DNA of 64,000 nt from a virus. A program made the translations under genes and the position numbers. The notes under the pieces were generated by a model. The model was not told where the DNA came from and did not search any database. It saw only the letters and a program-made list of their open reading frames with translations. Below are positions 1 to 10,658 of the stretch, one piece after another (positions within the stretch are counted from its first letter, which is position 1; every line of letters starts with the position of its first letter). The stretch is taken from the IMG/VR virus record IMGVR_UViG_3300037508_001008, positions 3,139-67,138 of that record, one strand, 5' to 3'.

Positions 1-1266
1 TCTTTGATCTGCCGGAAGACCCATATTGTCGATTGTTGCCTTAAGGTCTTGCATTCTAGACTTTAGTTCTTTTTTGTGAGAAGTTAGAAATCTTGAATTA
101 AGTAATGAGCTTCCGTCAACTGCGCTTTTTGCGCTTGATGCTCCGTCATTAAATTGTTTTAATATATTTTCTTTAGCAGTAGTACTTACGCTTGAACCTT
201 CAATGTATCTTTTTACATGATCTGCTAAATTTTTAATATTTTTTCCACCAACACCTTTTCCAGGACTATAGCTATTAATTGCTTCAGCTAAAAGAGTGCT
301 TTGATCATTACTTAATCTGCCAATATATGTACCTATATAGTCTTCAACTTTTAAGCCCTTATAAGCGGCCATAGTCCTCAGTGTCTCCTCTGAGACTCTA
401 GAACTTCTTCTGAGTACACTAAATCCAAATTTATATTCTCCACCATTTACTTTTTCGTGCGCAAATTTTTTCATTATCTCATACTGAAATTCGCTAATGA
501 AAGAACTTTGTTTTAAAGTTTTTCCGCTTAGAATGGATGAAAGATCTGCTCCAGCTATTGCTACTTCTCTTTCTGATGTTAATGTTCTTATTCTTTTAGA
601 TAGTTTTAATAATTTATCACCAAGAACATTTGAATCTTCATCTTTAAATATTTTATTAAATACATCTGGATCTGCTAAGTTATGCCCAGAGACAGAGAGT
701 AGTAAGTGGGACTGTAAAGCTGTTAGAGATTTTCCTCCCATTCTAAAATTAAGAACTCTTGCCCCCTGGTCGTCCATTACAGATATTCCATGTATTTCGC
801 CCCTTTCCCTAAGGGTCTTAAGTCTCTTAACTATGCTTTTAGCATCACCTTTGCCACCTGACATTATTTGAATGTCCATTTTTAAATCACGTAGGTTTGG
901 TATATCAATTCCTGCAGCCTCTAATGCCTTTATCTGATTGGCTGTATAATTTTTATTAGTTATATCTTTTAGAACCGCTCCTAAACCAGAAACTTTATTA
1001 CCTATCATAGGGTCTGTTACAGATAAATTTTGAGTAACAAATAAAGTTGATGCCCTACCTATAGCTGGAGCCATAGAGTCAAACTCTTCTCCGGTTCCTG
1101 ATATGACATATTTAATATTATCACCATCTGGAACGACTTCAATAACTTTACCTAATCCATATACAGTTTTTCTTAACGCAGCTCTTGCTGCCATAACTTT
1201 TTCTGCTGTTGTCTTATATACACCAAAATCAAAATTTGATTTATGATAACTAATTGGATTGGGCAT
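1..1266 (-). CDS. Large hypothetical virion-associated protein, truncated by the window edge
   Basis: ATG at 1266 overlaps the upstream stop (TAATG); reads MPNPISYHKSNFDFGVYK... and appears to stay open to the edge; absent from the ORF track. Confidence 0.75.
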   Translation of the reverse strand, partial: MPNPISYHKSNFDFGVYKTTAEKVMAARAALRKTVYGLGKVIEVVPDGDNIKYVISGTGEEFDSMAPAIGRASTLFVTQNLSVTDPMIGNKVSGLGAVLKDITNKNYTANQIKALEAAGIDIPNLRDLKMDIQIMSGGKGDAKSIVKRLKTLRERGEIHGISVMDDQGARVLNFRMGGKSLTALQSHLLLSVSGHNLADPDVFNKIFKDEDSNVLGDKLLKLSKRIRTLTSEREVAIAGADLSSILSGKTLKQSSFISEFQYEIMKKFAHEKVNGGEYKFGFSVLRRSSRVSEETLRTMAAYKGLKVEDYIGTYIGRLSNDQSTLLAEAINSYSPGKGVGGKNIKNLADHVKRYIEGSSVSTTAKENILKQFNDGASSAKSAVDGSSLLNSRFLTSHKKELKSRMQDLKATIDNMGLPADQR

Positions 1267-4200
1267 TATCTCACTCCGGCAGATACATTAAAATTATTAG
1301 AACCAAATGGATTAGATGAAACATTTACAGAACCAGATAAACCCATTCCAGACATCAGTGACCTTAGCTTATACACTACGTCTTGTCTATCATTATTGTA
1401 ATTAAAATTTGGGTAGCTTGGATTTACCAAATTTGCTTCTTTTATCTGTTGTGGATAGTAACCCATTTGGGACATTTCCAGACCCATTGATTGGCCCATT
1501 TTAATTTTAACTGCGTCTATATTTGTATTTGGATGCCAACCTTCCCAGCTAGCGTCTGGTAGCTCATGTCTTGCAAAATAATCTTCTAGTTCTGGACGTT
1601 TCTCAACTTTCATCCCCCAAGCTGCTTCATATAATCTTCTTTCAAGTCTTCCAGAAGTGGAAAGAATTTTTTCTCTTTCAGATACTGGGGCACTGATCAT
1701 TGCTTTAAAATGTTCTCTTTTTCTCTTGGGTACAGCTAATGATAATGTTTCAACATCTGAACCATATAGATCTGCACCATACATAGTTCTTTTAGCTGCC
1801 ATTCTAAATTGATTTGCAGACGCCATATCTCCAGATTGCTTAGACATATTTGCTAGTCTTGTATTTTTTACGTAACTAAGAATATCAGTATATTCCTCAA
1901 GAGCTAATTCTTTTTTACGCTCTTGAGGAATAAACCTATCGCCAGTAATTAATTCATAGGCGTTGCCGAAAATAGAGCTTCCACCACCAGCCACTATTCC
2001 TGCTGTTGTACCAAAAAGTTTTGCCCCAGGTGTAGCTCCAAACATACTGCCTACAAACCCTAAAGTGGCTGCGGCACTTATTGGATTTTCTTGTGTAGAT
2101 TTGTTTAACATTGGTTTTATATAACTTTCGTATGGCCTAGACCATTCTGGGAAAGTTGTTCCGTAAACATTTCTTCTTTCCCAATCTTCTACTGCACTTC
2201 TTTTACCTATAGTTTTAGCTATTAAAAAGTTATCAGAATGGACAATAGATTCCCCTAATCTTGTCATAGAAAATTTAAATGGCTGTGTCGTTGCCATTTT
2301 TATATTTTCCGGTGTAGATATATCTGAATATTTATAATCTGAGAACTCATATTTTTTAGTTGTTTGTTCAACTTGATTTCTAATCTCTGCTACTCTAATT
2401 CTTTCTTCTGCTGTTAACGGCTGTTTATCTATCATTGTATTAACATTTTTAAATTGCTTAGAATATGGGGCTACATCACCTAATATATCAAGTTGATTAA
2501 TTAAACCATATTCACCTGTTTGATCTGGATATAGCTTATTAAATCTTTCGTAACCAACTCCAGGAAGTCTTATTTCACCTTCTTGTATTTTAGAAAATGG
2601 ATCTCCTCTTGTAAAATCTGTATAATATTCTGGCCCTGGCAAAAATGGATACTGTTGTCCCATTAGATTTTGAATTGGATTAATATAATCTACGCCAGTT
2701 CTTTCTTTTGGAATGAATCTTCTTACAATTTCAGAAAATTCAATATTACCAATTGCCTCTCGACTAGGTATTGGAACGTCACCAAGTCCACCTAAATTTA
2801 GATCCCAGAAAGCTCTAGTTGTTCCATAAGCTTTTTGTGCTGACTGTAGAACTGATCTTTGTGGCTCAAAATCACTTTGACCAAAACCAAATTTTTCCCT
2901 AAAAGTACCGAACGCAAATCCATAAATACCAGCCATTTCTTGCATTTTATAACCAAACTCTGTTAATTGATAATTCAAATGAGATGGCTTTAGTGGACTT
3001 CCTGCTCCAACTACTCGTGGCTGCATTACTCCAGAAACTTTCGGAGGACCATAGGCTGCATTAAGGTAACTCTGGTTAATATTTCCAATAGTATTTGCAG
3101 TTGCCATTCCTGCAGTATTCATTGCTCCTGCCATTGAAGCCATTTGCGTATTATAATTAGCAATTGGAGCCGCATAGCCACTTTGCCCTCTTGGGGATTG
3201 AACTGCCCCTCCAAAACCCATTGAACCAGAGACTCCAGATGTTACTCTAGATAGTGTCTGAGGCGCATATGCCAAAGTATCATAGGCTCCTGATTGACCA
3301 GCTGGTGCATATGATGCAAGGCCGGCAGCAACCTCTTGTTCGTGCATCATTTTTTGAGGCTTAAGTATTTTCCCAACAGTCATATTTAGGAATGGAGTTA
3401 ATGGCCCAAATGGGCCACTAAAGTATTCTCCAGTAACAGGGTACGGTCTATCCTCGTAGTGCTTTCTTTCAAATCTATAAGGATCAAGTGGTCGTAATGG
3501 TGATATATCATTATAGAATAAAAACTTTTCCATTGGGCTGCCGTATAAGTCGGAAGTAAATCCTGCTCCTCCTTGGAGTTTTTGATACCAAGATGGACGG
3601 TGGTACATAATCTTTCCACCTTTAAATGGAGTATTTCCAAGTGGCCAAAATCTACCTTGACGAATTGGCACTTCTCCTTCAACTAGCTGCTCACGCTTGT
3701 CTTGGTAGTTCATTCCGCCTGGCATTATTCCGCTCATTAAGGCTTGACCTTCTACGGCTGCTTTTGCAACTTGGCCAAGAACCAATGGTCTATATACTTT
3801 TTCGCCTCTTGCATCCTCTTCTGAGGTCATTCCACCTAAAGTTCTGTCTACGGTAAGAGCGGTTGTTCCTGCTGCATATATTGGCAACACTCTTTTGCCT
3901 ATCATTCCTTTGGTATATAAAGAAAGTGGTCCACCAAAATCTGAAGTATCTAATTGCATTCCTAGTGTTCCGAAATATCTATTTAATCTTTCAACTGAGT
4001 GCGACATGGGCATACTTCCAGTTGAGAAGGATTGAGGATCGGAATATGTAGTTAGACCTATCGCGCTTTTAATTGCTCCCATTGGATCATTTCCAAAGAC
4101 TGTGCCAAAAGTCGGAACTAATGTAACAGATTGCCCAGTACCTAATGGATCAACAGTTAAATCATCAGTCTGATGTTGTGCTATTCCAAACTTTCTTTTT

Positions 4201-7200
4201 AGTGGTGTTGTTATTGGAGAAAATTTTGTTTGGATTCCACTAGAATTTACTTCAGATATTCTTCCACTAGAAAAAGGTTCTAATAGCCTTTTTGTCTCTG
4301 TACTTGATCTCACTGTAGTTAGCATTTGTTTTGCTGCCGCGAGCATATTTTGTTGCCCTGTTAGGCCATGCTTAAATGTTGTGAAGGCGCTTATGTTAAA
4401 CATCGTTCCAAGTGCTGCTGCCTGTGCTTCAGTTCTTTGTGATGGAGATATTTTTCCTATTTTTACCAAATCATCAATTGCTTTTTGTATTTGAATGAAT
4501 ACTTCGCCTTGATTTGAAGCTCCTAATTTGACTTGATTAACTTGAGAAATGTATCTAAATATTTCATTTCTTAATTGATCTAATCTAGTTGTAATAGTTG
4601 GAGACTTTTGAGACATTTGAGAAATGGCATTTAAGTTTCCATTATTAAGTAAATACTGTAATCTAGATCCAGAGGTTGTTAAAAATTGTGGATCTACACC
4701 TAATCCTTTAAGTTCAAGGCCCAACAATTTTTGCCCACGAAGAAGTCCTTGGGCAAACTCTGCCATTTCTTGGCCGCTAGACATACTGCTAACCCTTTTG
4801 CCTCCCATTGTAAATAACTCTGGGTGGAGCTCCTCTAACTGCCTCATTACTACTGGATTTGTACCATATTGAAAAGACTGTTTTCTTAATGATTCGTAAG
4901 CTTTTAATATATCAGATTGACTAAATTCATCAATAGCTTTTCCAGAGCTATCTACGACTCTCATTGTACTTGAGTTTAATTTAATCCTTGTAGATGCCCC
5001 ACCAATAGTGTAATCTATTTCTTCTCCAGCAACTAGTTTTGCGATCACTGATTTATTTTGAATATCAGTTTTTCTTCCGCTAAATCTTTTAGCTAATCCA
5101 AATAGAGAGTTTGGCTGATCTGGAGCCATACTCATGGCTCTCTTAAATTTTAGAGCGCGCTGTTCCCCACCTAATATTTTATTTAGAAATCTTGAACCAG
5201 ATGTTCTATTGATTTCATCAGTAGTCTCCCCTGACATACCTGATGCTAGGCGTGTTTGCCTAGTTAGTAAATCACTACTTGCAGTAGGAATAGGTCTATA
5301 TGTGCCAGGTAAAGATTCTCCATAAACTTTGTCTGCTAATGAGTCAGTTTCAAAACCCATAACCTTTCCTCTAGAGCCCTTTGTTTTATACCATAAATAA
5401 AAATCTTTCTCGGAAGTACCTTTATTTAAAAATGGCTGCGCGCTTCTAGAAGAAACATATTGTATTGGAGATCTTTTTGCCATTTCTGCAAAAGATCTAT
5501 ATCCAAATAAATCAAATGGATTAAAACCTAATACGGGTATTTTGAATTGCCCCATAAAAAAGTCTGCTGTATCTTTAAATGTAGTTTTAATAGCACTAAA
5601 GTCAAGAATTTCTCCTGCTTTAGTTTTATATACTCCATCAAGTTTACTAAAGCCTATTGATTTTGATACAGGGTCATTAACTGCCATTCTTACAGCAAGG
5701 TCGTTTATAGTTTTTCTTTCTGACTCGCCTAAATAATTAAATCTTCCTGCATTTCTTGCTTCGTCAATTGTTAATGGCTGTAGTCCAAATAAATTAAAAC
5801 CACCATTAAAAATACCTGACGTCATTTGTTTATTTTTAATTAAAAAAGCTCTTAAATCTGTAAATTTAGTTGGATCAAACCCCTGCTTTCTTAGGGCGTT
5901 GTTAACTATATTATTTGAGACTTCTCTTCCAGAATCGTCTAATAATTTAATACCCAAAACTTCTGCTGTTTTTCTTTGTAAAAATTCTTGCTTCGATAAA
6001 GTTAATGGGCCAACAAAATCTTGATATTGAGCTTTTTTAGGTTTTAATAAAGATCCACCTATTGTTGATAGGTGATCAGAGTAAAATGTGTTCCAATTTT
6101 TTTTGATATTTAAATTAAGATTTTTTTGGAATTCTCTTGAGGCAAATATATCTCGTGCATCTTTGACTGCATTATTTAATACTTGACTTGAAGATTGTGG
6201 TGTATTGTTTAGCGAGCCAGATTTTTCCAAAGCTTCTGATAGAGTTTTACCACCTTTAATTCCTCTATATCTTTTTAGAATTTTAGAAAAAAAATCATCC
6301 TCAATATCTATTGCGGTATCGCCGTCTTGAATTATTTTATTTTTACCAATTGTAATAATATTACTTGCGTTCATATTACTTCTTGGTGCACGTACGTTTA
6401 GATAATCAACAAATTGACCAGCCTGCTTTTTATCAATTCCTCTTGCAATTAACTGCTGCGTTAAGACACCTTTAAATGCGTCCTGTTGCCTACCTCTATA
6501 GAAGTCACTTGAAGTAAAGGCTTTATCGCCAGGTCCACCTCCACCAAGAACCGTTAAGCCAGTAGCTAATGATGACAGCCTACTAGAGTGCTGTGACTGT
6601 ATCTTTCTTATGGCTCCCTCTAAGGTGTTTGCCTGAAAGCTTCTATCAACAGAAGTCATTTGAGAAAGAACTTTATTAAATGCTATAGAATTTTCCATAG
6701 CATCATATGCTTTCCCTAGTAGCTTAAACTCTTTAGCACCAGCTTCGTAAGCTGCTCTAACTCCACGAAATGATGGAACTATATCTAATATTGAATTATA
6801 GTTTTCTGTTGTCTTTAATCCATTTGGGCCAGTAGAGGTTCCTTTAAATCCTTTAATAAGGGTTTCAAATTTAACCTTTTTTATTTCATCTCTACTTGCC
6901 TGGCGAGCAACTGCTTGCTGCTCTGCGGCGGTAATGCCTTGACGAAGATTATGCAGATTCTGCACAAAACCTCTTTGCCCCTCTGTCTTATATACGTCAA
7001 CTGCAGAACTAAATCCGCCAGAAGTTTGAGCAGACACTTTTAGAAATTTATTAGTTAGTGTTGCAAAGTCATGGCCAACTTCAGATAATACTTCACTTAA
7101 GTCTACGAATGCATTATGAAACTTAGCCTGTCTTGGTGTTAGGTTGGCCATATCATTAAGTGAATACCTTAATGTTTGTAGCGATGATCTGCCAGCAGAC

Positions 7201-7937
7201 GTTGCAGCTCCAGCAAATTCAAATGGAAGAATCATTGTTGCAATATTACTTAAAGATTGCTTAGTAAAATCAGCCATTACATCTGCTGGATTATACCACT
7301 TGACTTTTCTTTCGCCTTCTTCTCTTCTGCCAAAAATAGGATCTGTTAGCCCTCTTTGGGCGCCATACAGAGCTGGCAATTCATACGGCATTCTCCTTCC
7401 AGCTCTAACTAGTCTGACCTGAAGTTCTTCTCTCCAAGACCAGACTCCAGCTGGCTCTCTAGTTAAACCAAATCCAGCTTGTCTTTTTTCTTGATCATTT
7501 AAAAATCTATATCCAAATCTTTCACTTTTCATTCCCTGATAGCCGGTAGTATATTTGCCATCCTGTTGAAAAATTAATTTAGAATAAGGATCGTCCCCAT
7601 CTATCTGACGAGCTACTCCTTGAAGTTCATCTAATTCTCTTCTGATTTCTGTAACAGACTTAATTAATCTAGTCGCAATTGGAGAAGTTTCAGATCTTTT
7701 TTGAAGATGCTTAGCGAGTTTTATTCCACCAGATTTAGTTAATTTTGAAGCGACAAATGTCCCACCAATTGTTGCAGCAGTCGTTGCAAAAAATCTAATT
7801 ATTGGATGACTATTTAAAGCTTTACTAATAACTCCTGAATTATGAGAAATACCTTCTTTGTCTCCCTCATTAATTGGGAGATCACGAGAAGTTACGCTGT
7901 AACCTAAATTATGTATTGGTCCTGGATCGCGTATCAA
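1266..7937 (-). CDS. Tape measure-like large virion protein (2223 aa)
   Basis: Very long Gly/Ala/Ser-rich helical protein directly after tube genes and two chaperone-like genes; RBS AGGAG before a TTG start. Confidence 0.6.
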   Translation of the reverse strand: MIRDPGPIHNLGYSVTSRDLPINEGDKEGISHNSGVISKALNSHPIIRFFATTAATIGGTFVASKLTKSGGIKLAKHLQKRSETSPIATRLIKSVTEIRRELDELQGVARQIDGDDPYSKLIFQQDGKYTTGYQGMKSERFGYRFLNDQEKRQAGFGLTREPAGVWSWREELQVRLVRAGRRMPYELPALYGAQRGLTDPIFGRREEGERKVKWYNPADVMADFTKQSLSNIATMILPFEFAGAATSAGRSSLQTLRYSLNDMANLTPRQAKFHNAFVDLSEVLSEVGHDFATLTNKFLKVSAQTSGGFSSAVDVYKTEGQRGFVQNLHNLRQGITAAEQQAVARQASRDEIKKVKFETLIKGFKGTSTGPNGLKTTENYNSILDIVPSFRGVRAAYEAGAKEFKLLGKAYDAMENSIAFNKVLSQMTSVDRSFQANTLEGAIRKIQSQHSSRLSSLATGLTVLGGGGPGDKAFTSSDFYRGRQQDAFKGVLTQQLIARGIDKKQAGQFVDYLNVRAPRSNMNASNIITIGKNKIIQDGDTAIDIEDDFFSKILKRYRGIKGGKTLSEALEKSGSLNNTPQSSSQVLNNAVKDARDIFASREFQKNLNLNIKKNWNTFYSDHLSTIGGSLLKPKKAQYQDFVGPLTLSKQEFLQRKTAEVLGIKLLDDSGREVSNNIVNNALRKQGFDPTKFTDLRAFLIKNKQMTSGIFNGGFNLFGLQPLTIDEARNAGRFNYLGESERKTINDLAVRMAVNDPVSKSIGFSKLDGVYKTKAGEILDFSAIKTTFKDTADFFMGQFKIPVLGFNPFDLFGYRSFAEMAKRSPIQYVSSRSAQPFLNKGTSEKDFYLWYKTKGSRGKVMGFETDSLADKVYGESLPGTYRPIPTASSDLLTRQTRLASGMSGETTDEINRTSGSRFLNKILGGEQRALKFKRAMSMAPDQPNSLFGLAKRFSGRKTDIQNKSVIAKLVAGEEIDYTIGGASTRIKLNSSTMRVVDSSGKAIDEFSQSDILKAYESLRKQSFQYGTNPVVMRQLEELHPELFTMGGKRVSSMSSGQEMAEFAQGLLRGQKLLGLELKGLGVDPQFLTTSGSRLQYLLNNGNLNAISQMSQKSPTITTRLDQLRNEIFRYISQVNQVKLGASNQGEVFIQIQKAIDDLVKIGKISPSQRTEAQAAALGTMFNISAFTTFKHGLTGQQNMLAAAKQMLTTVRSSTETKRLLEPFSSGRISEVNSSGIQTKFSPITTPLKRKFGIAQHQTDDLTVDPLGTGQSVTLVPTFGTVFGNDPMGAIKSAIGLTTYSDPQSFSTGSMPMSHSVERLNRYFGTLGMQLDTSDFGGPLSLYTKGMIGKRVLPIYAAGTTALTVDRTLGGMTSEEDARGEKVYRPLVLGQVAKAAVEGQALMSGIMPGGMNYQDKREQLVEGEVPIRQGRFWPLGNTPFKGGKIMYHRPSWYQKLQGGAGFTSDLYGSPMEKFLFYNDISPLRPLDPYRFERKHYEDRPYPVTGEYFSGPFGPLTPFLNMTVGKILKPQKMMHEQEVAAGLASYAPAGQSGAYDTLAYAPQTLSRVTSGVSGSMGFGGAVQSPRGQSGYAAPIANYNTQMASMAGAMNTAGMATANTIGNINQSYLNAAYGPPKVSGVMQPRVVGAGSPLKPSHLNYQLTEFGYKMQEMAGIYGFAFGTFREKFGFGQSDFEPQRSVLQSAQKAYGTTRAFWDLNLGGLGDVPIPSREAIGNIEFSEIVRRFIPKERTGVDYINPIQNLMGQQYPFLPGPEYYTDFTRGDPFSKIQEGEIRLPGVGYERFNKLYPDQTGEYGLINQLDILGDVAPYSKQFKNVNTMIDKQPLTAEERIRVAEIRNQVEQTTKKYEFSDYKYSDISTPENIKMATTQPFKFSMTRLGESIVHSDNFLIAKTIGKRSAVEDWERRNVYGTTFPEWSRPYESYIKPMLNKSTQENPISAAATLGFVGSMFGATPGAKLFGTTAGIVAGGGSSIFGNAYELITGDRFIPQERKKELALEEYTDILSYVKNTRLANMSKQSGDMASANQFRMAAKRTMYGADLYGSDVETLSLAVPKRKREHFKAMISAPVSEREKILSTSGRLERRLYEAAWGMKVEKRPELEDYFARHELPDASWEGWHPNTNIDAVKIKMGQSMGLEMSQMGYYPQQIKEANLVNPSYPNFNYNNDRQDVVYKLRSLMSGMGLSGSVNVSSNPFGSNNFNVSAGVR

Positions 7938-7955
7938 TTAAGCTCCTAACTTAAG

Positions 7956-8582
7956 TTATGAACCCCATAGTTTTCTTGCAATTGGGTCATCATACGTTGC
8001 TGCACCTGTTGGTTTAGATAGATTATGTTTTGCAGCTCTAGCTTTTTCTTTTTCTTCTTCTTCTTCCGGATCAATTAGTTGCAGTCTTAGATTAGTTGGT
8101 TCTATACCATTAATGCCCTGTTTGATTTCTATAATCTTCTCTGCGAGTGCAACTTTTTCTGCTAATTGAGAAAATGTACATTCATCTAATTGTTCTGGAG
8201 AATATGTATTTATAGTAGCTAGAACAAAGGCTTTCATTAAATTTTTTACTTCATTTGCATTAAGTCTTTTATTGTCAAGCGTTTGTTTAGCAATTTTGGC
8301 AGAGGAAAAACCAGATATATCTAATATTTCATTTGCCAATGACGTGACATTGCCGGGAGGAATTTTTAATGTATCATAATTCTCTGGAAAAACAATTGTA
8401 TATTCAAGAATTATATCTTCAAGATCAGCAGAAGAAAAGTCATTTAAATCTCTATATGAGAGAATTTTACTATGTTCCTTGAATGTTAATTCTCTAAAGA
8501 TAAGAATAATATCTTTAATTTTTACACTATAAATATTTCCATATTTATTTTTTAATTCAAAAATTAATTGAGAATCCAACAT
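7956..8582 (-). CDS. Tail assembly chaperone-like protein
   Basis: Position before tape measure; LKNKYGNIY..FRELT..EY..LANEILDISGF pattern shared with its neighbour. Confidence 0.55.
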   Translation of the reverse strand: MLDSQLIFELKNKYGNIYSVKIKDIILIFRELTFKEHSKILSYRDLNDFSSADLEDIILEYTIVFPENYDTLKIPPGNVTSLANEILDISGFSSAKIAKQTLDNKRLNANEVKNLMKAFVLATINTYSPEQLDECTFSQLAEKVALAEKIIEIKQGINGIEPTNLRLQLIDPEEEEEKEKARAAKHNLSKPTGAATYDDPIARKLWGS

Positions 8583-8585
8583 TTA

Positions 8586-9110
8586 TTAGAGCTGTCTAAC
8601 CTCTAGGGCAACAAATCCAGACGCTTCAAGTACTTCTTGAGCGATGAGGGATGGGACTCCGGCCATCATACCTGTTGCCTGTTTTCTGTCATAGACTGGG
8701 AATAGAATACACATTTCAGAAATTGTCTCTTCATTCCACATATTAGCCTCAGCGGAAGATAACTGCCCTGACTGCATAAGCTGCTCCATTTTCTTAACAA
8801 TATGCTTATACTCAACTCTATTTAATACGCGCCACACAATATGCTTATCGTAGGTAATTGATGTTACGTAAACTTCACCATATTGTTCTTTCCACTCTTT
8901 AATTTGGCCAGCTGTAGGTCCACCTTCCCAAATGTGTTCTGAATCCTCAAGATCTTCTACTGATTTATATTCTTCATCTGATAATGAATTATTAAATTCT
9001 AAAATATCTACATCATCTGGATCATCTGACATTTCTATAGTGACAATATCTTCTAAAGAATCAATATCTTGTGATTCACTTTTAATTACTACTTTTCTTT
9101 CATTTGACAT
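8586..9110 (-). CDS. Tail assembly chaperone-like protein
   Basis: WKEQYGEVY..WRVLNRVEY..IAQEVLEASGF; paralog of 7956-8582. Confidence 0.55.
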   Translation of the reverse strand: MSNERKVVIKSESQDIDSLEDIVTIEMSDDPDDVDILEFNNSLSDEEYKSVEDLEDSEHIWEGGPTAGQIKEWKEQYGEVYVTSITYDKHIVWRVLNRVEYKHIVKKMEQLMQSGQLSSAEANMWNEETISEMCILFPVYDRKQATGMMAGVPSLIAQEVLEASGFVALEVRQL

Positions 9111-9174
9111 TATTTAATCTCCTTATTTTTAATATCTCATTATACCATAATACTGAAAACATTTCTACAAATAA

Positions 9175-10656
9175 CTAAATAGAAAAAATTAGTTGCCACG
9201 TTTGAGCATCTACAATGCCATTGGCTGGTGATATTCCATTTGCAGCCTGAAAATTAATAACAGCCTCTAAGGTTACTGAACCAAACGTTCCAAATTCTGC
9301 AATTCCAATTGCTGGATCGCTGTCAGGAGGTCCACTAGGCTTAAAGCCTAGTTTTCTTTGAATCCACTTTACGTATTCACTTTCATACCCATATTGAATT
9401 GGGCCAGGCCAAACTAAGGTCAGTGTATCTGGAACTCCAGGTTCAAATATATTAAGTATAGATTCATATGTTTGCCTATTGACTATTCCATTAGCTGGAG
9501 TTATTCCTACTGAAAGTTGGAATTCAGCAACAGCTTCAGCTAGTTCACCGCTAAATCTTCCATTAATTGGATAAATACCTAATTTTTCTTGAATTATTCC
9601 AATGTATGCATTTTGCGGTGTTCCAAAAGTTAATTCATAACCAGGATACCCATATGATCCACCGATATCTGGGCCAGGTGTATTTGATCCATTTCCTCCT
9701 GTTATCGTTTCTTCTGGAATTGGATTTGGGTTAGTTGGTTCTGCTACAGTTTCGTCTGATGTTACAGATGTAGATAGTCTCTTAATAAAGCTAAGATCAG
9801 CTTGTGTGAAGTAATAATCTCTAGCTATAAATTGATAACTCTCTGCGACTGGCTGACCACCAGGAGTATATACGGTAGACATATTCATTAATTGAACTTC
9901 TTGTAGTATGATTTTCATCGGAGATGATGCGGCGTCGGCTTTCATTGTCCTTTGATTAATGTCTGTATACATCATTCTGTCTAAGTTATTTTCTATTTTT
10001 AGATTTACATTATCAGTTGCACCGGTGTCTGGAGAAGGTGTAGGAAATGGACTAGAAGAAACTTCTTCTATACCATAAAGAATAACAAAATTAAATGGTG
10101 GATGTGCGCTAAAGATACTTTTATTGCTAGCTTCAGACATTGCTGGATCTGAAGTTATTCTATCTAATTGACTATAGGCCCAATATTTTTGTATATTTCT
10201 TTCATCTTGAGTTGAACCCAAAATTTGTCCATTATTTGAATACAAGTTTGACACTATCATATTTTGAGGAGCTCTTTCAGCTGGAAGTGTTGCTCTAGCT
10301 GTAGCTGCCTGTTCTAATAGATCAGTCATTCTTCTTGGGTATCTAGTGAATAATGTAATTTCACCGCTGATTATTCTTGTGCCCAACATCACATTATCGT
10401 AGTTATATGACCAAAATCCATATAACGGTTGCTTTTCTTGCCTTATGGAGTATGCAAATGTGGCTATATCTAGTTCATTTTCTGCGCCAAAAAGACCATC
10501 TATATAAACTTTTATATCTTCACCGCTAAAATAATAGTCATAATAATTACTAAAATTTTTACTAGAATCAGAAGATTGACCGGCCCATATTCTATCTATA
10601 TTAGAATCTCTGTCGGAAAGTGGATCAAATAATAATGGTCTTCTTTGTGAAGTCAT
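9175..10656 (-). CDS. Tube-like baseplate hub protein with two C-terminal peptidoglycan-binding domains
   Basis: N-terminal FSGEDI..REKQPLY..G.RIISG matches the tube paralogs; two IQ.KLG..AV..FQ...GI.PANGIV...T repeats typical of PG_binding_1. Confidence 0.65.
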   Translation of the reverse strand: MTSQRRPLLFDPLSDRDSNIDRIWAGQSSDSSKNFSNYYDYYFSGEDIKVYIDGLFGAENELDIATFAYSIRQEKQPLYGFWSYNYDNVMLGTRIISGEITLFTRYPRRMTDLLEQAATARATLPAERAPQNMIVSNLYSNNGQILGSTQDERNIQKYWAYSQLDRITSDPAMSEASNKSIFSAHPPFNFVILYGIEEVSSSPFPTPSPDTGATDNVNLKIENNLDRMMYTDINQRTMKADAASSPMKIILQEVQLMNMSTVYTPGGQPVAESYQFIARDYYFTQADLSFIKRLSTSVTSDETVAEPTNPNPIPEETITGGNGSNTPGPDIGGSYGYPGYELTFGTPQNAYIGIIQEKLGIYPINGRFSGELAEAVAEFQLSVGITPANGIVNRQTYESILNIFEPGVPDTLTLVWPGPIQYGYESEYVKWIQRKLGFKPSGPPDSDPAIGIAEFGTFGSVTLEAVINFQAANGISPANGIVDAQTWQLIFSI

Positions 10657-10658
10657 AT

